The notes below the pieces were generated by a model. That model searched no databases, had not been told where the DNA came from, and saw only the letters and a list, made by a program, of their open reading frames with translations. This document shows positions 9,707 through 19,852 of a stretch of DNA of 64,000 nt, in pieces (the stretch's first letter is position 1; each line of letters starts with the position of its first letter). This DNA comes from Obrimoposthia wandeli. Its lineage: Eukaryota. Where the stretch lies: the NCBI GenBank assembly GCA_977020255.1, contig CDROCS010003797.1, positions 186,001 through 250,000 of the forward strand, given 5' to 3'. Position numbers and translations under genes: made by a program.

Positions 9707-11624
9707 TTATTGCGCTATTTTTTTAAAGCGGCGAATACTTTGAATAGCTTGATCAGTACGAGCATTTTTATACCACCATTGTTATTACAGCGGCATCATC
9801 ACAGACCACTGTGATAATAACTTATAATTATCAATAGTCATGGAAAGACGTCCCATGGCTTCTGAAAAACAAGCGTCATAGCCTGCGTCAGAAGCAAAGG
9901 CATCGACATCAAATCATTTATCATTATGAAATACTTTATCTATGCTTCTCAATTTCAAAATCATCAAGTCAATAGCCTGAATAACGGTGAACTGCCCCTC
10001 GACCGCTTCAACTATCCTATGAACAGCTATTCGACTGGTAAAAATTAACAGCTGAATTTTCCCTGCTTCATTCGAAGTCAGCTAATGATGGTTTCCGGCC
10101 TAACATTAAGCTCTGTAACTTGATTAAATTCGTAGATATAGGTATTTATTGCCACGCCATCTACTCGTGTCGTCACTGATAAGCCAAGATCACCATTGGG
10201 TAAGTGATAAAATTGATGGTAGCGTGTTTCACCATCAAAATTAATTGCTAAGGTTTTCTCAGATATTGCCCAAGAAAAGGCTTTCGTCACTGAGCTATTT
10301 TTACCGGCAACTTTTAGGACAGCTTCGCCAGTAATATCAGTGGTAAATTTAAAGACGCTTGCCCCAGCCACATAATTTGTCCCTTCAATATGAGCAATGT
10401 TCTATCCTGTCAGTAATTAAAGCAAGACAACATCCTCCAACAACCAGGGGTATTGCTTAATAAAGAACAGGAGGTGATAAAACACTACAGTTAAGTTATT
10501 GCCAACGCTTGCAAGTGACAAAGCGTCATATTCTGCCGGTTCAATATCGGTTAGCAGTTCAGCATGATACTCAGTTTTTACAACTAGTAGGCCGAATGCG
10601 GAGCTTGTTCATTGCCTAAAATACTTCAAAGCTTCCCTCGACAAGTTCGCACTGAAAGAATAGAAGCTAGCATAACTGCCTAAGAGCGTATTTTCAGATG
10701 TCAGTTGAATGTCATAGTGATTTTGCTTGGCGGTCAACGTGCCTTCGAATGAAAAACGTGCAGTTTGAACTAAGTCTCCCAAGGTTACATCAATATTACT
10801 AAGTGCAATACTTACCGAATTATTCTCAACATGGCATAGCGAAATTTTGCATAAACGCATTATTATTTTCGATTAAATTTCAGCCAAATACAGTAATGCT
10901 TTTAGCAAGTCTGACATACTGGCGCACTCCATCTTCAGTTTCATTGGACACGACTGTAGTCATTACTGTTTTCAGCTTGTGCGAGTAATCTTATTTCCAA
11001 TGAAATCAGCACTCCATATGGAAAACGAAAAGTTGTTTCTGCTTCTCGAAGGTTAACTTCAATGATTTCATCAATAACCCACTCAAAAGCTAACAGCTTG
11101 TCATTCCTACACAAGCTTGAAGACAGTAAACCTTTGTACTCATCGCAAGCTAGTAAACGCTAACTTGCCGTTATCAGTATTTGTCCAAGTACCCATTATA
11201 TTCCACTTTCTGTGATAGAGCGATATGTATTGTGCTCTGATTATCAATAACATCGAATAAGTTGTTGAAATTAGTTATCCTTACCATCGGAAAGACTTAT
11301 CGATAATTCATAGAGAAAACAACAGCCACAGAAAAACGTGGCCTTATAGGTAATGGCTACTTGACTGTTATTTTTTAGTTCAAAACTCAACCATTGTGGT
11401 TGCTCAGCTATCGCTAAACTTAGGATATCATTTTCGCTATCGGCAATATCAAAAACGATGTGAGTCTTTTGCATCGCTTTTGCTTCGACGGTTAATACTC
11501 CACTCATTGTTGGTGGAGTATTAGGAGGAATTACTATTTTTTCGTCAACGACCACAGATGACGAGTCTCCACCGCCACAGGCCGACAGCAATAAGGTACA
11601 CAGTAGTAGGATATTTCTAATCAA
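9707..11624 (-). pseudogene. Fragmented large lipoprotein gene
   Basis: 5' piece has an SD, TTG start, lipobox LLSAC-GGGDSS and a PPNTPPTMSG Ig/cadherin-like start. Same-strand ORF fragments follow (10609-10860, 10078-10371, and a last piece WWYKNARTDQAIQSIRRFKKIAQ* ending at 9707), separated by frameshifts and stops. Confidence 0.6.
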
Positions 11625-11712
11625 AATTTAACTCCATTTTTTCATGCCAATGCTTGGGAAGTATTTACACTTCACCGAGATAGCTTTTAAGTATTTAAGT
11701 TCTATTTGAATC

Positions 11713-11738
11713 AAAAAAGCCGACAGGATGTCGGCTTT
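11713..11738 (-). terminator. Intrinsic terminator after erpA
   Basis: AAAGCCGACA-GGA-TGTCGGCTTT with an A-run that reads as a U-tract on the minus strand. Confidence 0.75.
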
Positions 11739-11755
11739 AACAGCATAAGTGTCGA

Positions 11756-12106
11756 TTAAATCGAGAAAGACGAACCACAACCACACGTTGTTGTTGCATT
11801 AGGATTATTAACCAAAAATCTACTCCCTTCTAAGCCTTCTACATAATCAACTTCACCGTCAACTAAGTATTGTAAGCTCATAGGATCAATAACCATAGTG
11901 ACACCTTTTTTTACAATGGTCATATCGCCGTCATTGATTTTCTCATCGAAGGTAAAGCCATACGAAAAGCCCGAGCAGCCACCGCCTGTAACGTAAACAC
12001 GCAACTTCAGCTCTGGATTCTCTTCTTCTGTGATCAACGACAATACTTTAGTCGCCGCAGCGTCAGAAAATTTAATAGGTAAATCAGGATTTGACATAAA
12101 ACTCAA
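11756..12106 (-). CDS. erpA: Iron-sulfur cluster insertion protein ErpA
   Basis: [17 protein letters not shown] and [15 protein letters not shown]. Confidence 0.96.
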   Translation of the reverse strand: MSFMSNPDLPIKFSDAAATKVLSLITEEENPELKLRVYVTGGGCSGFSYGFTFDEKINDGDMTIVKKGVTMVIDPMSLQYLVDGEVDYVEGLEGSRFLVNNPNATTTCGCGSSFSI

Positions 12107-12161
12107 CTTAAAACAAATGAACTAGGGCGATTATCTTAAACTTGACTGTTTTAATCAAGTA

Positions 12162-12905
12162 TTATGGTGCACTCTGTGAATTATTCGTAATACTTTTCAG
12201 CCAAGGATAACTTTGATCGATACGATTATATTCTTGCCACTTACCTTTTGGCAGTATGGCTGAGACATTTATCGCTTCAGGAATAAAGCCCTCGGGTAAT
12301 GTCAAACTGCCACTAACTACCTGAAAGTACTGAAAACTAAAGGATAAATCTTTTTGCGTCAGGAGAGAAAGTGCTGACAATGGCATAGTGCTTGGTTTAC
12401 CATTTAAGCTACCTGCGATAGTGATCTCAATATACCCTTTCGCATAACGCTTACGCAGTAATTGCTGCACTAATACGACTTGAAAACGATAATGAGCCGA
12501 GCTTTCGGTTTTTGTTAAATTGATATTATCAATAACTAAGCCGTTTGCCGCTTTTTCTGGCGCCATCACTTTTTCATAAAATGCGAGCTCTTTCTTTACT
12601 TCAAAGTGCTCTTGTTCAATTGATTTCAACATTTGCTGACTACGCTGATTAGCCATGCGCTCAACTTCAAGCTCTACATCTAACGTATTAATGCGTTGTG
12701 TCTTTTCAACAAGCTGTTGATAGATAAAATCTAAGCGGCTTTTTTGCTGTGCTAACATTTCACTTTGATAGCTATGATAAAAATTACCCAGGCGATAGCC
12801 ACAGAATAAAGAAATCACGACAATGGCTAATAATAAGATTGCCGAACGGAATGTTCCCAAGCGGAGAACGACTGTACTGAGATTTATTTTTGCTAACCAA
12901 TTCAT
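12162..12905 (-). CDS. DUF6776-like membrane-anchored coiled-coil protein (start likely MNWLAK at 12905)
   Basis: TM helix, coiled coil ending ELAFYEKVMAP, C-terminal beta domain YRFQVVLVQ...FSFQYFQ; the 12905 start avoids overlap with the divergent ClC gene. Confidence 0.6.
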   Translation of the reverse strand: MNWLAKINLSTVVLRLGTFRSAILLLAIVVISLFCGYRLGNFYHSYQSEMLAQQKSRLDFIYQQLVEKTQRINTLDVELEVERMANQRSQQMLKSIEQEHFEVKKELAFYEKVMAPEKAANGLVIDNINLTKTESSAHYRFQVVLVQQLLRKRYAKGYIEITIAGSLNGKPSTMPLSALSLLTQKDLSFSFQYFQVVSGSLTLPEGFIPEAINVSAILPKGKWQEYNRIDQSYPWLKSITNNSQSAP

Positions 12906-12964
12906 TTGAAAAGTATTATGATATCCAAAGGTTTTGTAAATATGTCCAATAAAAATAATTAAAT

Positions 12965-14653
12965 ATGAAGATAATATACCAGCTAAAAAAATCTCTGGCG
13001 TTACCAAAAACTTCATGGCAACTATGTTTACTCGCTACCATTGGTGGATTTGCATCAGCCATGATGGTTGTACTGTTCATTTTTACCGTTGAAGGTATAC
13101 AATTATTTTTTCTGGACGAAAAAGACAACTATAGCAGCTTAACCGCGCTAAGTCGTTTCCAATTACCTATCATTGGCGCCATTATCATTCTCTTCTTCGC
13201 TTGGCTGACCGGATACAAGTATATTCGAACCGGTATTCCCTTTGTTTTGCATCGCTTAAAAATTGCTAATGGTGTTATTCCATTGCGCAATACTATTAAC
13301 CAGTTTATTGGTAGTAGTGCCGCGCTTATCGCAGGATTTTCTGTCGGTAGAGAAGGTCCTGCGGTACATTTAGGGGCTGCATGTAGTAGCTATATCGGCA
13401 ATAAATTAAACCTACCCTATAATGCTATTCGTAGTTTAAGTGCATGTGGTATTGCCGCGGGTATTGCCGCTTGTTTCAATACCCCCATTGCCGCGGTATT
13501 ATTTGTCATGGAAGTGATCTTACGCGAGTATAAAGTACATATTTTTATACCGGTCATGATCGCTGCTATTGTGGGTTCTATGACAACAAGCATTATTTTC
13601 GGCCCGAGTCATGAATTTGGTCACTTCAGTGAAATAACCTTAAACAGTGACCATTATCCGGCCTTAGTGCTCTTAGGTGTTGCACTGGGAATAATTGCTT
13701 TTGCTTTTAATCGCTATCTAATTTTAGTCATCAAACATAGTGCACGCTTTCATATTGTGCCTCGTATATTGCTTGCTGCAATTATTACTGGCCTTATAGG
13801 CTACATATTACCTCATGCAATGGGGACAGATTTAAGTGCCATAAATTTTTCTTTGCAAGATAATATCGCCATAAAAATGCTATTAGCTTTATTAGTGGCA
13901 AAAATATTTATGACCACAATGGCACTTGGCTTAGGTATACCCGGTGGAATTATTGGACCTATTCTTGGCATTGGCGCGGTTGCTGGAACTTGTTGTTCAG
14001 TTATCACTATGTATTTTATGACGGGTGATATTATAGTCAGTGACTTTGCACTGATGGGCATGGCTGGTTTTATGGCTGCAACACTGAATGCTCCTTTAGC
14101 CGCACTACTTTGCATCGTCGAAATGTCTAATCAACTGGAAGTGATTATACCGGCAATGATTGTGGTCACCACAGCTTGTATTATTTCAGGACAATTTTTT
14201 GGTAACCGTTCAATTTTTATTATGCAGTTAGAAGTTCAAGGTCTACCTTATCGTCGACCACCAATAGAGAAGACACTTCAACGCATTGGCGTCATTGGTG
14301 TTATGGACGAAAATATTACTTTATTAACAAAGGCGAATGAAGCGTCTGTTGCAACCGCATTATCTCATCAAGCTGCACAAGATAATGTCGTTAATAAAAT
14401 AATGCGACCAGATGAACCCGTGCAATTTATATATTATCAGCAAAGCAAAACTAAAATGGATGCCGAACCAACAATCGAAAGGCATGAGTTGATCCCGTTA
14501 AATAGTCAATCTACACTTGCCGAGGCTTATTTGCTTCTCGTCAAGGCAAGAACAGGCGCTGTCTATATATATCAAGATGATCCAGATGAAATTATAGGTA
14601 TAATCTCTTTTGACTCCATTCGCTCTTACTTATTGAAAGGAAATACTTATTAA
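12965..14653 (+). CDS. ClC family chloride channel/transporter
   Basis: GREGP gating motif, AGIAACFNTPIAAVLF, many TM helices, degenerate CBS-like C-terminus. Confidence 0.9.
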   Translation: MKIIYQLKKSLALPKTSWQLCLLATIGGFASAMMVVLFIFTVEGIQLFFLDEKDNYSSLTALSRFQLPIIGAIIILFFAWLTGYKYIRTGIPFVLHRLKIANGVIPLRNTINQFIGSSAALIAGFSVGREGPAVHLGAACSSYIGNKLNLPYNAIRSLSACGIAAGIAACFNTPIAAVLFVMEVILREYKVHIFIPVMIAAIVGSMTTSIIFGPSHEFGHFSEITLNSDHYPALVLLGVALGIIAFAFNRYLILVIKHSARFHIVPRILLAAIITGLIGYILPHAMGTDLSAINFSLQDNIAIKMLLALLVAKIFMTTMALGLGIPGGIIGPILGIGAVAGTCCSVITMYFMTGDIIVSDFALMGMAGFMAATLNAPLAALLCIVEMSNQLEVIIPAMIVVTTACIISGQFFGNRSIFIMQLEVQGLPYRRPPIEKTLQRIGVIGVMDENITLLTKANEASVATALSHQAAQDNVVNKIMRPDEPVQFIYYQQSKTKMDAEPTIERHELIPLNSQSTLAEAYLLLVKARTGAVYIYQDDPDEIIGIISFDSIRSYLLKGNTY

Positions 14654-15084
14654 TGAATACCCTCCTTTGGCTTAAAGCATTTCATGTTTTTTTTATGGTG
14701 GCTTGGTTTGCTGGTATTTTTTACTTACCACGCATATTTGTTAATCATGCAGAATCAAATGAAGCACTGGTTCATCAGCAACTTAAAGGCATGGAGCGCC
14801 GATTACTCTACTTTGTTACGCCCTTTGCGGTATTTACCGTTTTATTGGGTATCGCTATTATTTATCAATATGGTCACGCCTGGTTTGTTGCCTCAAAGTG
14901 GTTGCACGTGAAAATTACCTTGGTGATTTTCTTGCTGATTTACCATGGATATTGCTTCAAGTTAGTAAAAACATTCGCTGCTGATAAAAACACTCGATCA
15001 GGAAAGTTTTATAGATTTTTCAATGAGGTGCCCGTAATAATTTTATTAATCATCGTACTGTTAGTCTACCTAAAACCCTTCTAA
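14653..15084 (+). CDS. hemJ: Protoporphyrinogen oxidase HemJ (UPF0093)
   Basis: WLKAFHV...WFAGIFYLPRIFVNH, WLHVK, RFFNEVP. Confidence 0.88.
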   Translation: MNTLLWLKAFHVFFMVAWFAGIFYLPRIFVNHAESNEALVHQQLKGMERRLLYFVTPFAVFTVLLGIAIIYQYGHAWFVASKWLHVKITLVIFLLIYHGYCFKLVKTFAADKNTRSGKFYRFFNEVPVIILLIIVLLVYLKPF

Positions 15085-15310
15085 AGTTTATATCTACGTT
15101 TACCAATATATAAAGCTACAAGATAATGCTGCTATTTTATCTTGTGGCAAAAGCACTTTCCTAATCTTTTTGCGCTGAAATAATGATTAAAATCATAATG
15201 GTCAGTGTAATAAAAACGCTGCTCACTACTGAGACAATAAATACGTAAATCGAACTTGCCACTACGGCTATAATTCAGCCTGTTTTCTTAATCAAAATCA
15301 ACTTAATACA

Positions 15311-15355
15311 TTCTCAGCATTCAACTTTTGTGCTATATTTCGCTGCAATTTTTTG
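15311..15355 (+). promoter_or_regulatory. pyrB promoter with T-run at the start site
   Basis: TTCTCA-17bp-TATATT (with TG extension), then 7 nt, then AATTTTTTG. Confidence 0.55.
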
Positions 15356-15452
15356 TTGTGGCTTTAATAGCTACAACCCACTAGACCAAGAAATTATCAA
15401 GGTTAGCAGGCTAAACTCCTTGATCTCGATTTCGATAATTTAGGTACTACTT

Positions 15453-16463
15453 ATGATGAAATTTGAAGGAAGCCATATATTATCTGTATCGCAACTTGAT
15501 AGAGAAAGTATTTCCCGTATTTTAGAAATTTCAACGCTAATGGCACCTTATGCCATGCGAAAAAAGCGCTGCCATGTACTTGAAGGGGCAATCTTAAGTA
15601 ATTTGTTTTTCGAACCAAGCACCCGAACACGTGTCAGCTTTGGTACCGCTTTTAACTTATTAGGTGGTTTTGTCAGAGAAACCGTTGGTCAAGAAAACTC
15701 TTCGCTTTCAAAAGGCGAGTCTTTATTTGACACGGCGCGTGTTATTAGCGGCTATTCTGATGTGATTGCGATGCGTCACCCGACTATGCATTCTGTCAAA
15801 GAATTTGCACAAGGTAGTAGTGTTCCTGTTATCAACGGTGGTGACGGTGCAAACGAGCATCCGACACAAGCACTGCTTGATTTATTCACCATACAGTCAG
15901 AAATGGCACGATATGACATGGGCTTGGATGGTTTAAATATTGCACTGATGGGCGATCTTAAACATGGCAGAACGGTACATTCATTATCGAAGTTACTGAG
16001 TTTATATAACAATATTACCATCACCATGATCGCCCCTAAAGCCTTACAAATGCCAGACAGTATAGTCTCGACATTGACCAACGCGGGCCACAAAGTGGTG
16101 ATGACAGATAAGATTGAAGGCAATTTAGCTTGCGATGTTATTTACCAAACCCGCATTCAGCAAGAACGTTTTGCCAGTAAAGATGAAGCCGATTTATATC
16201 GTGGCCACTTCAGTTTAAATCGAGAAATTTATCAGCAGTATTGTCACGATCACACGGTGATAATGCACCCATTACCTCGTGACTCTCGCGCTGAAGCCAA
16301 TGAACTCGATATTGATTTAAATGACTTAGATAATTTAGCCATATTCCGTCAAGCACAAAATGGCGTACTGGTACGCATGGCATTATTTGCCTTAAGTTTA
16401 GGCGTTGAAAATAGGCTCAGTCATTACGAAAAACCAGTTACTTGGCATACCAACAAATACTAA
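15453..16463 (+). CDS. pyrB: Aspartate carbamoyltransferase catalytic subunit (no adjacent pyrI)
   Basis: FFEPSTRTRVSF, HPTQALLD, GDLKHGRTVHS, HPLPR. Confidence 0.95.
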   Translation: MMKFEGSHILSVSQLDRESISRILEISTLMAPYAMRKKRCHVLEGAILSNLFFEPSTRTRVSFGTAFNLLGGFVRETVGQENSSLSKGESLFDTARVISGYSDVIAMRHPTMHSVKEFAQGSSVPVINGGDGANEHPTQALLDLFTIQSEMARYDMGLDGLNIALMGDLKHGRTVHSLSKLLSLYNNITITMIAPKALQMPDSIVSTLTNAGHKVVMTDKIEGNLACDVIYQTRIQQERFASKDEADLYRGHFSLNREIYQQYCHDHTVIMHPLPRDSRAEANELDIDLNDLDNLAIFRQAQNGVLVRMALFALSLGVENRLSHYEKPVTWHTNKY

Positions 16464-16508
16464 TGTTAACCTCAATTATTAGGTTACTCAGACAGCGAGT
16501 AGAATATT

Positions 16509-17792
16509 ATGACAAAAAATTCACAGCAATTATTTAACGCAGCTCAAGATATTATTCCTGGTGGCGTAAATTCACCAGTACGAGCTTTTAACGGCGTTGG
16601 TGGCACTCCATTATTTATTAAAAAGGCACAAGGTGCTTATATCTTTGACGCCGAAGATAACAAATATGTCGACTATGTTGGCTCATGGGGACCGATGATT
16701 TTAGGTCACAATCACCCTGTTATTCTTCAAGCAGTTATTGATACAGCACAAAATGGCCTCAGCTTTGGCGCACCAACAGAGCTCGAAATCACCATGGCTG
16801 AGAAAGTACGTGAAATTGTTCCTTCAATGGAAAAGTTGCGTATGGTTAGCTCAGGCACCGAAGCAACAATGAGTGCTATTCGATTAGCGCGTGGCTTTAC
16901 TGGCCGTGATAAAATATTAAAGTTTGAAGGTTGTTATCACGGTCATGCCGACTCTCTATTGGTGAAAGCTGGCTCCGGCATGTTAACCATGGGTGTACCG
17001 AGTTCGCCAGGCATCCCAAATGATGTTGCTAAGCACACGCTTACCGTTAGCTATAACAATATTGAAGAAGTAAAAGAAATTTTTGCCAAATACGGCGATG
17101 AAATTGCTTGTATTATTGTTGAACCCGTTGCCGGCAACATGAACTGTATTCCTCCGGTAGATGGATTTCTACAAGGGTTGCGTGCTATTTGTGATGAATA
17201 CAAAAGCGTGTTAATTTTTGATGAAGTAATGACCGGGTTTCGCGTTGCTTTAGGTGGTGCCCAGGCTCATTATAATATCGTGCCTGATTTAACCACGTTA
17301 GGTAAAGTTATTGGCGGCGGTATGCCGGTAGGCGCTTTCGGTGGTAAAAAAGAAATAATGGATTATATCGCCCCTGTAGGGCCTGTCTATCAAGCAGGTA
17401 CATTATCGGGTAATCCTATTGCGATGGCAGCTGGCTTAGCGTCGTTAAATGAGCTTTGTAAAGGCAATAAGCATCAACAGCTTAGCGACACTACAGAAAA
17501 ACTAGCCATGGGTTTAAAAGCAGCGGCAGAGCGCAATGGCGTTTCGTTGTCTATTAACTATGTTGGCGCTATGTTTGGTTTCTTTTTTACTGATGAAGCG
17601 CATGTGACCACTTTCGCTCAAGCAACAGCCTGTGATAGTGAGAAGTTCAAACGCTTCTTTCACTTAATGCTAGATGAAGGTGTTTACCTTGCTCCTTCTT
17701 CATTTGAAGCCGGCTTTGTCTCTACTGCACATGGTGAAGCTGAAATTGAGTTTACCTTAGCAGCCGCAGATCGCTGTTTCGCCCAATTATAA
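16509..17792 (+). CDS. hemL: Glutamate-1-semialdehyde 2,1-aminomutase
   Basis: [33 protein letters not shown]. Confidence 0.97.
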   Translation: MTKNSQQLFNAAQDIIPGGVNSPVRAFNGVGGTPLFIKKAQGAYIFDAEDNKYVDYVGSWGPMILGHNHPVILQAVIDTAQNGLSFGAPTELEITMAEKVREIVPSMEKLRMVSSGTEATMSAIRLARGFTGRDKILKFEGCYHGHADSLLVKAGSGMLTMGVPSSPGIPNDVAKHTLTVSYNNIEEVKEIFAKYGDEIACIIVEPVAGNMNCIPPVDGFLQGLRAICDEYKSVLIFDEVMTGFRVALGGAQAHYNIVPDLTTLGKVIGGGMPVGAFGGKKEIMDYIAPVGPVYQAGTLSGNPIAMAAGLASLNELCKGNKHQQLSDTTEKLAMGLKAAAERNGVSLSINYVGAMFGFFFTDEAHVTTFAQATACDSEKFKRFFHLMLDEGVYLAPSSFEAGFVSTAHGEAEIEFTLAAADRCFAQL

Positions 17793-17811
17793 AACCCATA
17801 TTTTAGGCAAT

Positions 17812-17842
17812 AAAAAGGTAAGCATGATGCTTACCTTTTTTT
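17812..17842. terminator. Bidirectional terminator between hemL and sspB
   Basis: AAAAAGGTAAGCA-TGA-TGCTTACCTTTTTTT. Confidence 0.85.
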
Positions 17843-17921
17843 ATCACAATGTAGATAATTCAACCTATTGAATTATCTATTGCTTCTTACCTATTACTTC
17901 GTAGTTGTGACCGTGTAACTT

Positions 17922-18404
17922 CTATTTCTTAACTACTGACAGACTAGGTTTTTTAGCTTTTGAAGGCTGACTACCTTGCTGTTTTGTTGATGACGCCGCA
18001 TCCGGCTTGTTATCTACCGCTTTTACCGTAGACATCATTACTGGTGCTGGTGCAATTTCTTCAACAATACTCTCAGGATCAGGGTGTTCAATTTCTAACG
18101 ATGTGCCTGCGCCATTTTCTTTCGCATAAATAGCAGCAATAGCACCGTAAGGTACACTCATCAGCTCTAGCTTACCGCCAAAGCGAGCGCTGAGCTCAAT
18201 CGTTTCAACACCTAATGCAATAGATCCTACCGCTGAACCTGATACGTTTAATACGATCTGGCCATCGTTAACATAGGACATTGGCACCATAACACCATAA
18301 ACACTGACATCAACAACAATGTAAGGTGTTAAGTCGTTATCAGAAATCCAGTCATAGAAAGCCTTAACAATATAAGGCTTATTTGAAGTCATTTCACTTG
18401 TCAT
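17922..18404 (-). CDS. sspB: ClpXP adaptor SspB
   Basis: KPYIVKAFYDWISDNDLTPY, IYAKENGAG, C-terminal LSVVK ClpX-binding motif. Confidence 0.95.
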   Translation of the reverse strand: MTSEMTSNKPYIVKAFYDWISDNDLTPYIVVDVSVYGVMVPMSYVNDGQIVLNVSGSAVGSIALGVETIELSARFGGKLELMSVPYGAIAAIYAKENGAGTSLEIEHPDPESIVEEIAPAPVMMSTVKAVDNKPDAASSTKQQGSQPSKAKKPSLSVVKK

Positions 18405-18415
18405 GACTTACGTCT

Positions 18416-19057
18416 TTATACTGGTGCGCCAAAGCGTAATTCACGCTCAGACTCAGTTAAAGATGCTTGAAATGATTCACGTTCAAACACTTTTAACATG
18501 TATGATTTTAATTCTTTTGAGCCTTGACCTTCAAGCTCAATACCCATAACAGGTAAACGCCATAATAAAGGAGCTAGGTAACAATCAACTAAACTGAATT
18601 CTTCACTCATGAAGTAAGGCGCTTCATTCAAAATAGGCGCAACACTAAGTAAGCTATCTTTCAATTCTTGACGTGCTTTAGCCGCAGCATCAGCAGGTCC
18701 GTTGTAGATAGTTTTAGCTAAACTGTACCAGTCTTGCTCGATACGGTGCATCATAAGACGACTGCGACCACGAGAAACTGGATAAACAGGCATCAATGGT
18801 GGATGAGGAAAACGTTCATCCAAATATTCAATAATAATAGATGCTTCATATAGCGCTAATTCGCGATCAATTAACGTAGGCACTGTTCCATAAGGATTCA
18901 AGTCAATTAAATCTTCAGGTAAATTGGCTAAGTCAACCAAATGGATGTCAACACCGACACCTTTCTCTGCCAACACAATGCGGGTTTGATGACTATACAT
19001 ATCATCTGCATGCGAATATAAAGTCATAACAGAGCGTTTGTTTGCGGCTATGGCCAT
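18416..19057 (-). CDS. sspA: Stringent starvation protein A
   Basis: MAIAANKRSVMTLYS, NPYGTVPTLIDREL, RFPHPPLMPVYP. Confidence 0.97.
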   Translation of the reverse strand: MAIAANKRSVMTLYSHADDMYSHQTRIVLAEKGVGVDIHLVDLANLPEDLIDLNPYGTVPTLIDRELALYEASIIIEYLDERFPHPPLMPVYPVSRGRSRLMMHRIEQDWYSLAKTIYNGPADAAAKARQELKDSLLSVAPILNEAPYFMSEEFSLVDCYLAPLLWRLPVMGIELEGQGSKELKSYMLKVFERESFQASLTESERELRFGAPV

Positions 19058-19153
19058 AATGCCTCCAAAAATTTTTAATTAAAAAAACTAACAAAGGGGG
19101 CCAAAGCCCCCAGTAATATCTAAAGTTTACACTACGTTATCGTACATAAATAA

Positions 19154-19852
19154 CTAGTGTACATCTCTCCAGTATTCTTTCTTCAATAAGTAAGCAAAGA
19201 ATAACAAGATAAATAAGAAACCGATAACCCAATATCCCAAGCTTTCGCGCTCAAGTTTATTTGGTTCACCGGTATATTCCAAGAAGTTGGTTAAATCACG
19301 AGCAAATTCATCATATTCTTCTGCTGTCATTGAACCACCAGTAGCCTCAGAAAGGTTACCATGTTCGTCCATTGTACGAACACCTTGAAGGTTTTGTAAT
19401 ACGTGTGGCATACCAACATCTTTAAACACTTTGTTGTTAACACCAAATGGGCGGCTTTCATCAACATAGAAAGAGCGCAAGTAAGTGTAAATCCAATCAG
19501 GACTTCTAAAACGTGCTTCAAGTGTTAAATCTGGTGGCGCACTACCAAACCACTTAGCCGCTTCTTTTGCTGGCATAGTGTTAGTAATATGGTCACCAAC
19601 TTTTTCTCCGGTATACATATAATTAGCCAAACCGTCTGCATCAGAAATACCAAGATCTGCAAAAGTACGGTTGTAACGTTGGTACTTTAACTCGTGACAA
19701 GCTAAGCAATTATTAATGTAAGCTTCAAATCCACGCTTTAAAGATGCTTTGTCACGTAAATCATTATTAGCTTCATCTAATTGTAAGCTAGGGCCAGAGG
19801 CTACCGCTAACATAGGTAGCACAGCTAAAATTGCTAAAATAAATTTTTTCAT
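19154..19852 (-). CDS. petC: Cytochrome c1
   Basis: CxxCH (CLACH), PPDLTL, C-terminal membrane anchor. Confidence 0.96.
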   Translation of the reverse strand: MKKFILAILAVLPMLAVASGPSLQLDEANNDLRDKASLKRGFEAYINNCLACHELKYQRYNRTFADLGISDADGLANYMYTGEKVGDHITNTMPAKEAAKWFGSAPPDLTLEARFRSPDWIYTYLRSFYVDESRPFGVNNKVFKDVGMPHVLQNLQGVRTMDEHGNLSEATGGSMTAEEYDEFARDLTNFLEYTGEPNKLERESLGYWVIGFLFILLFFAYLLKKEYWRDVH

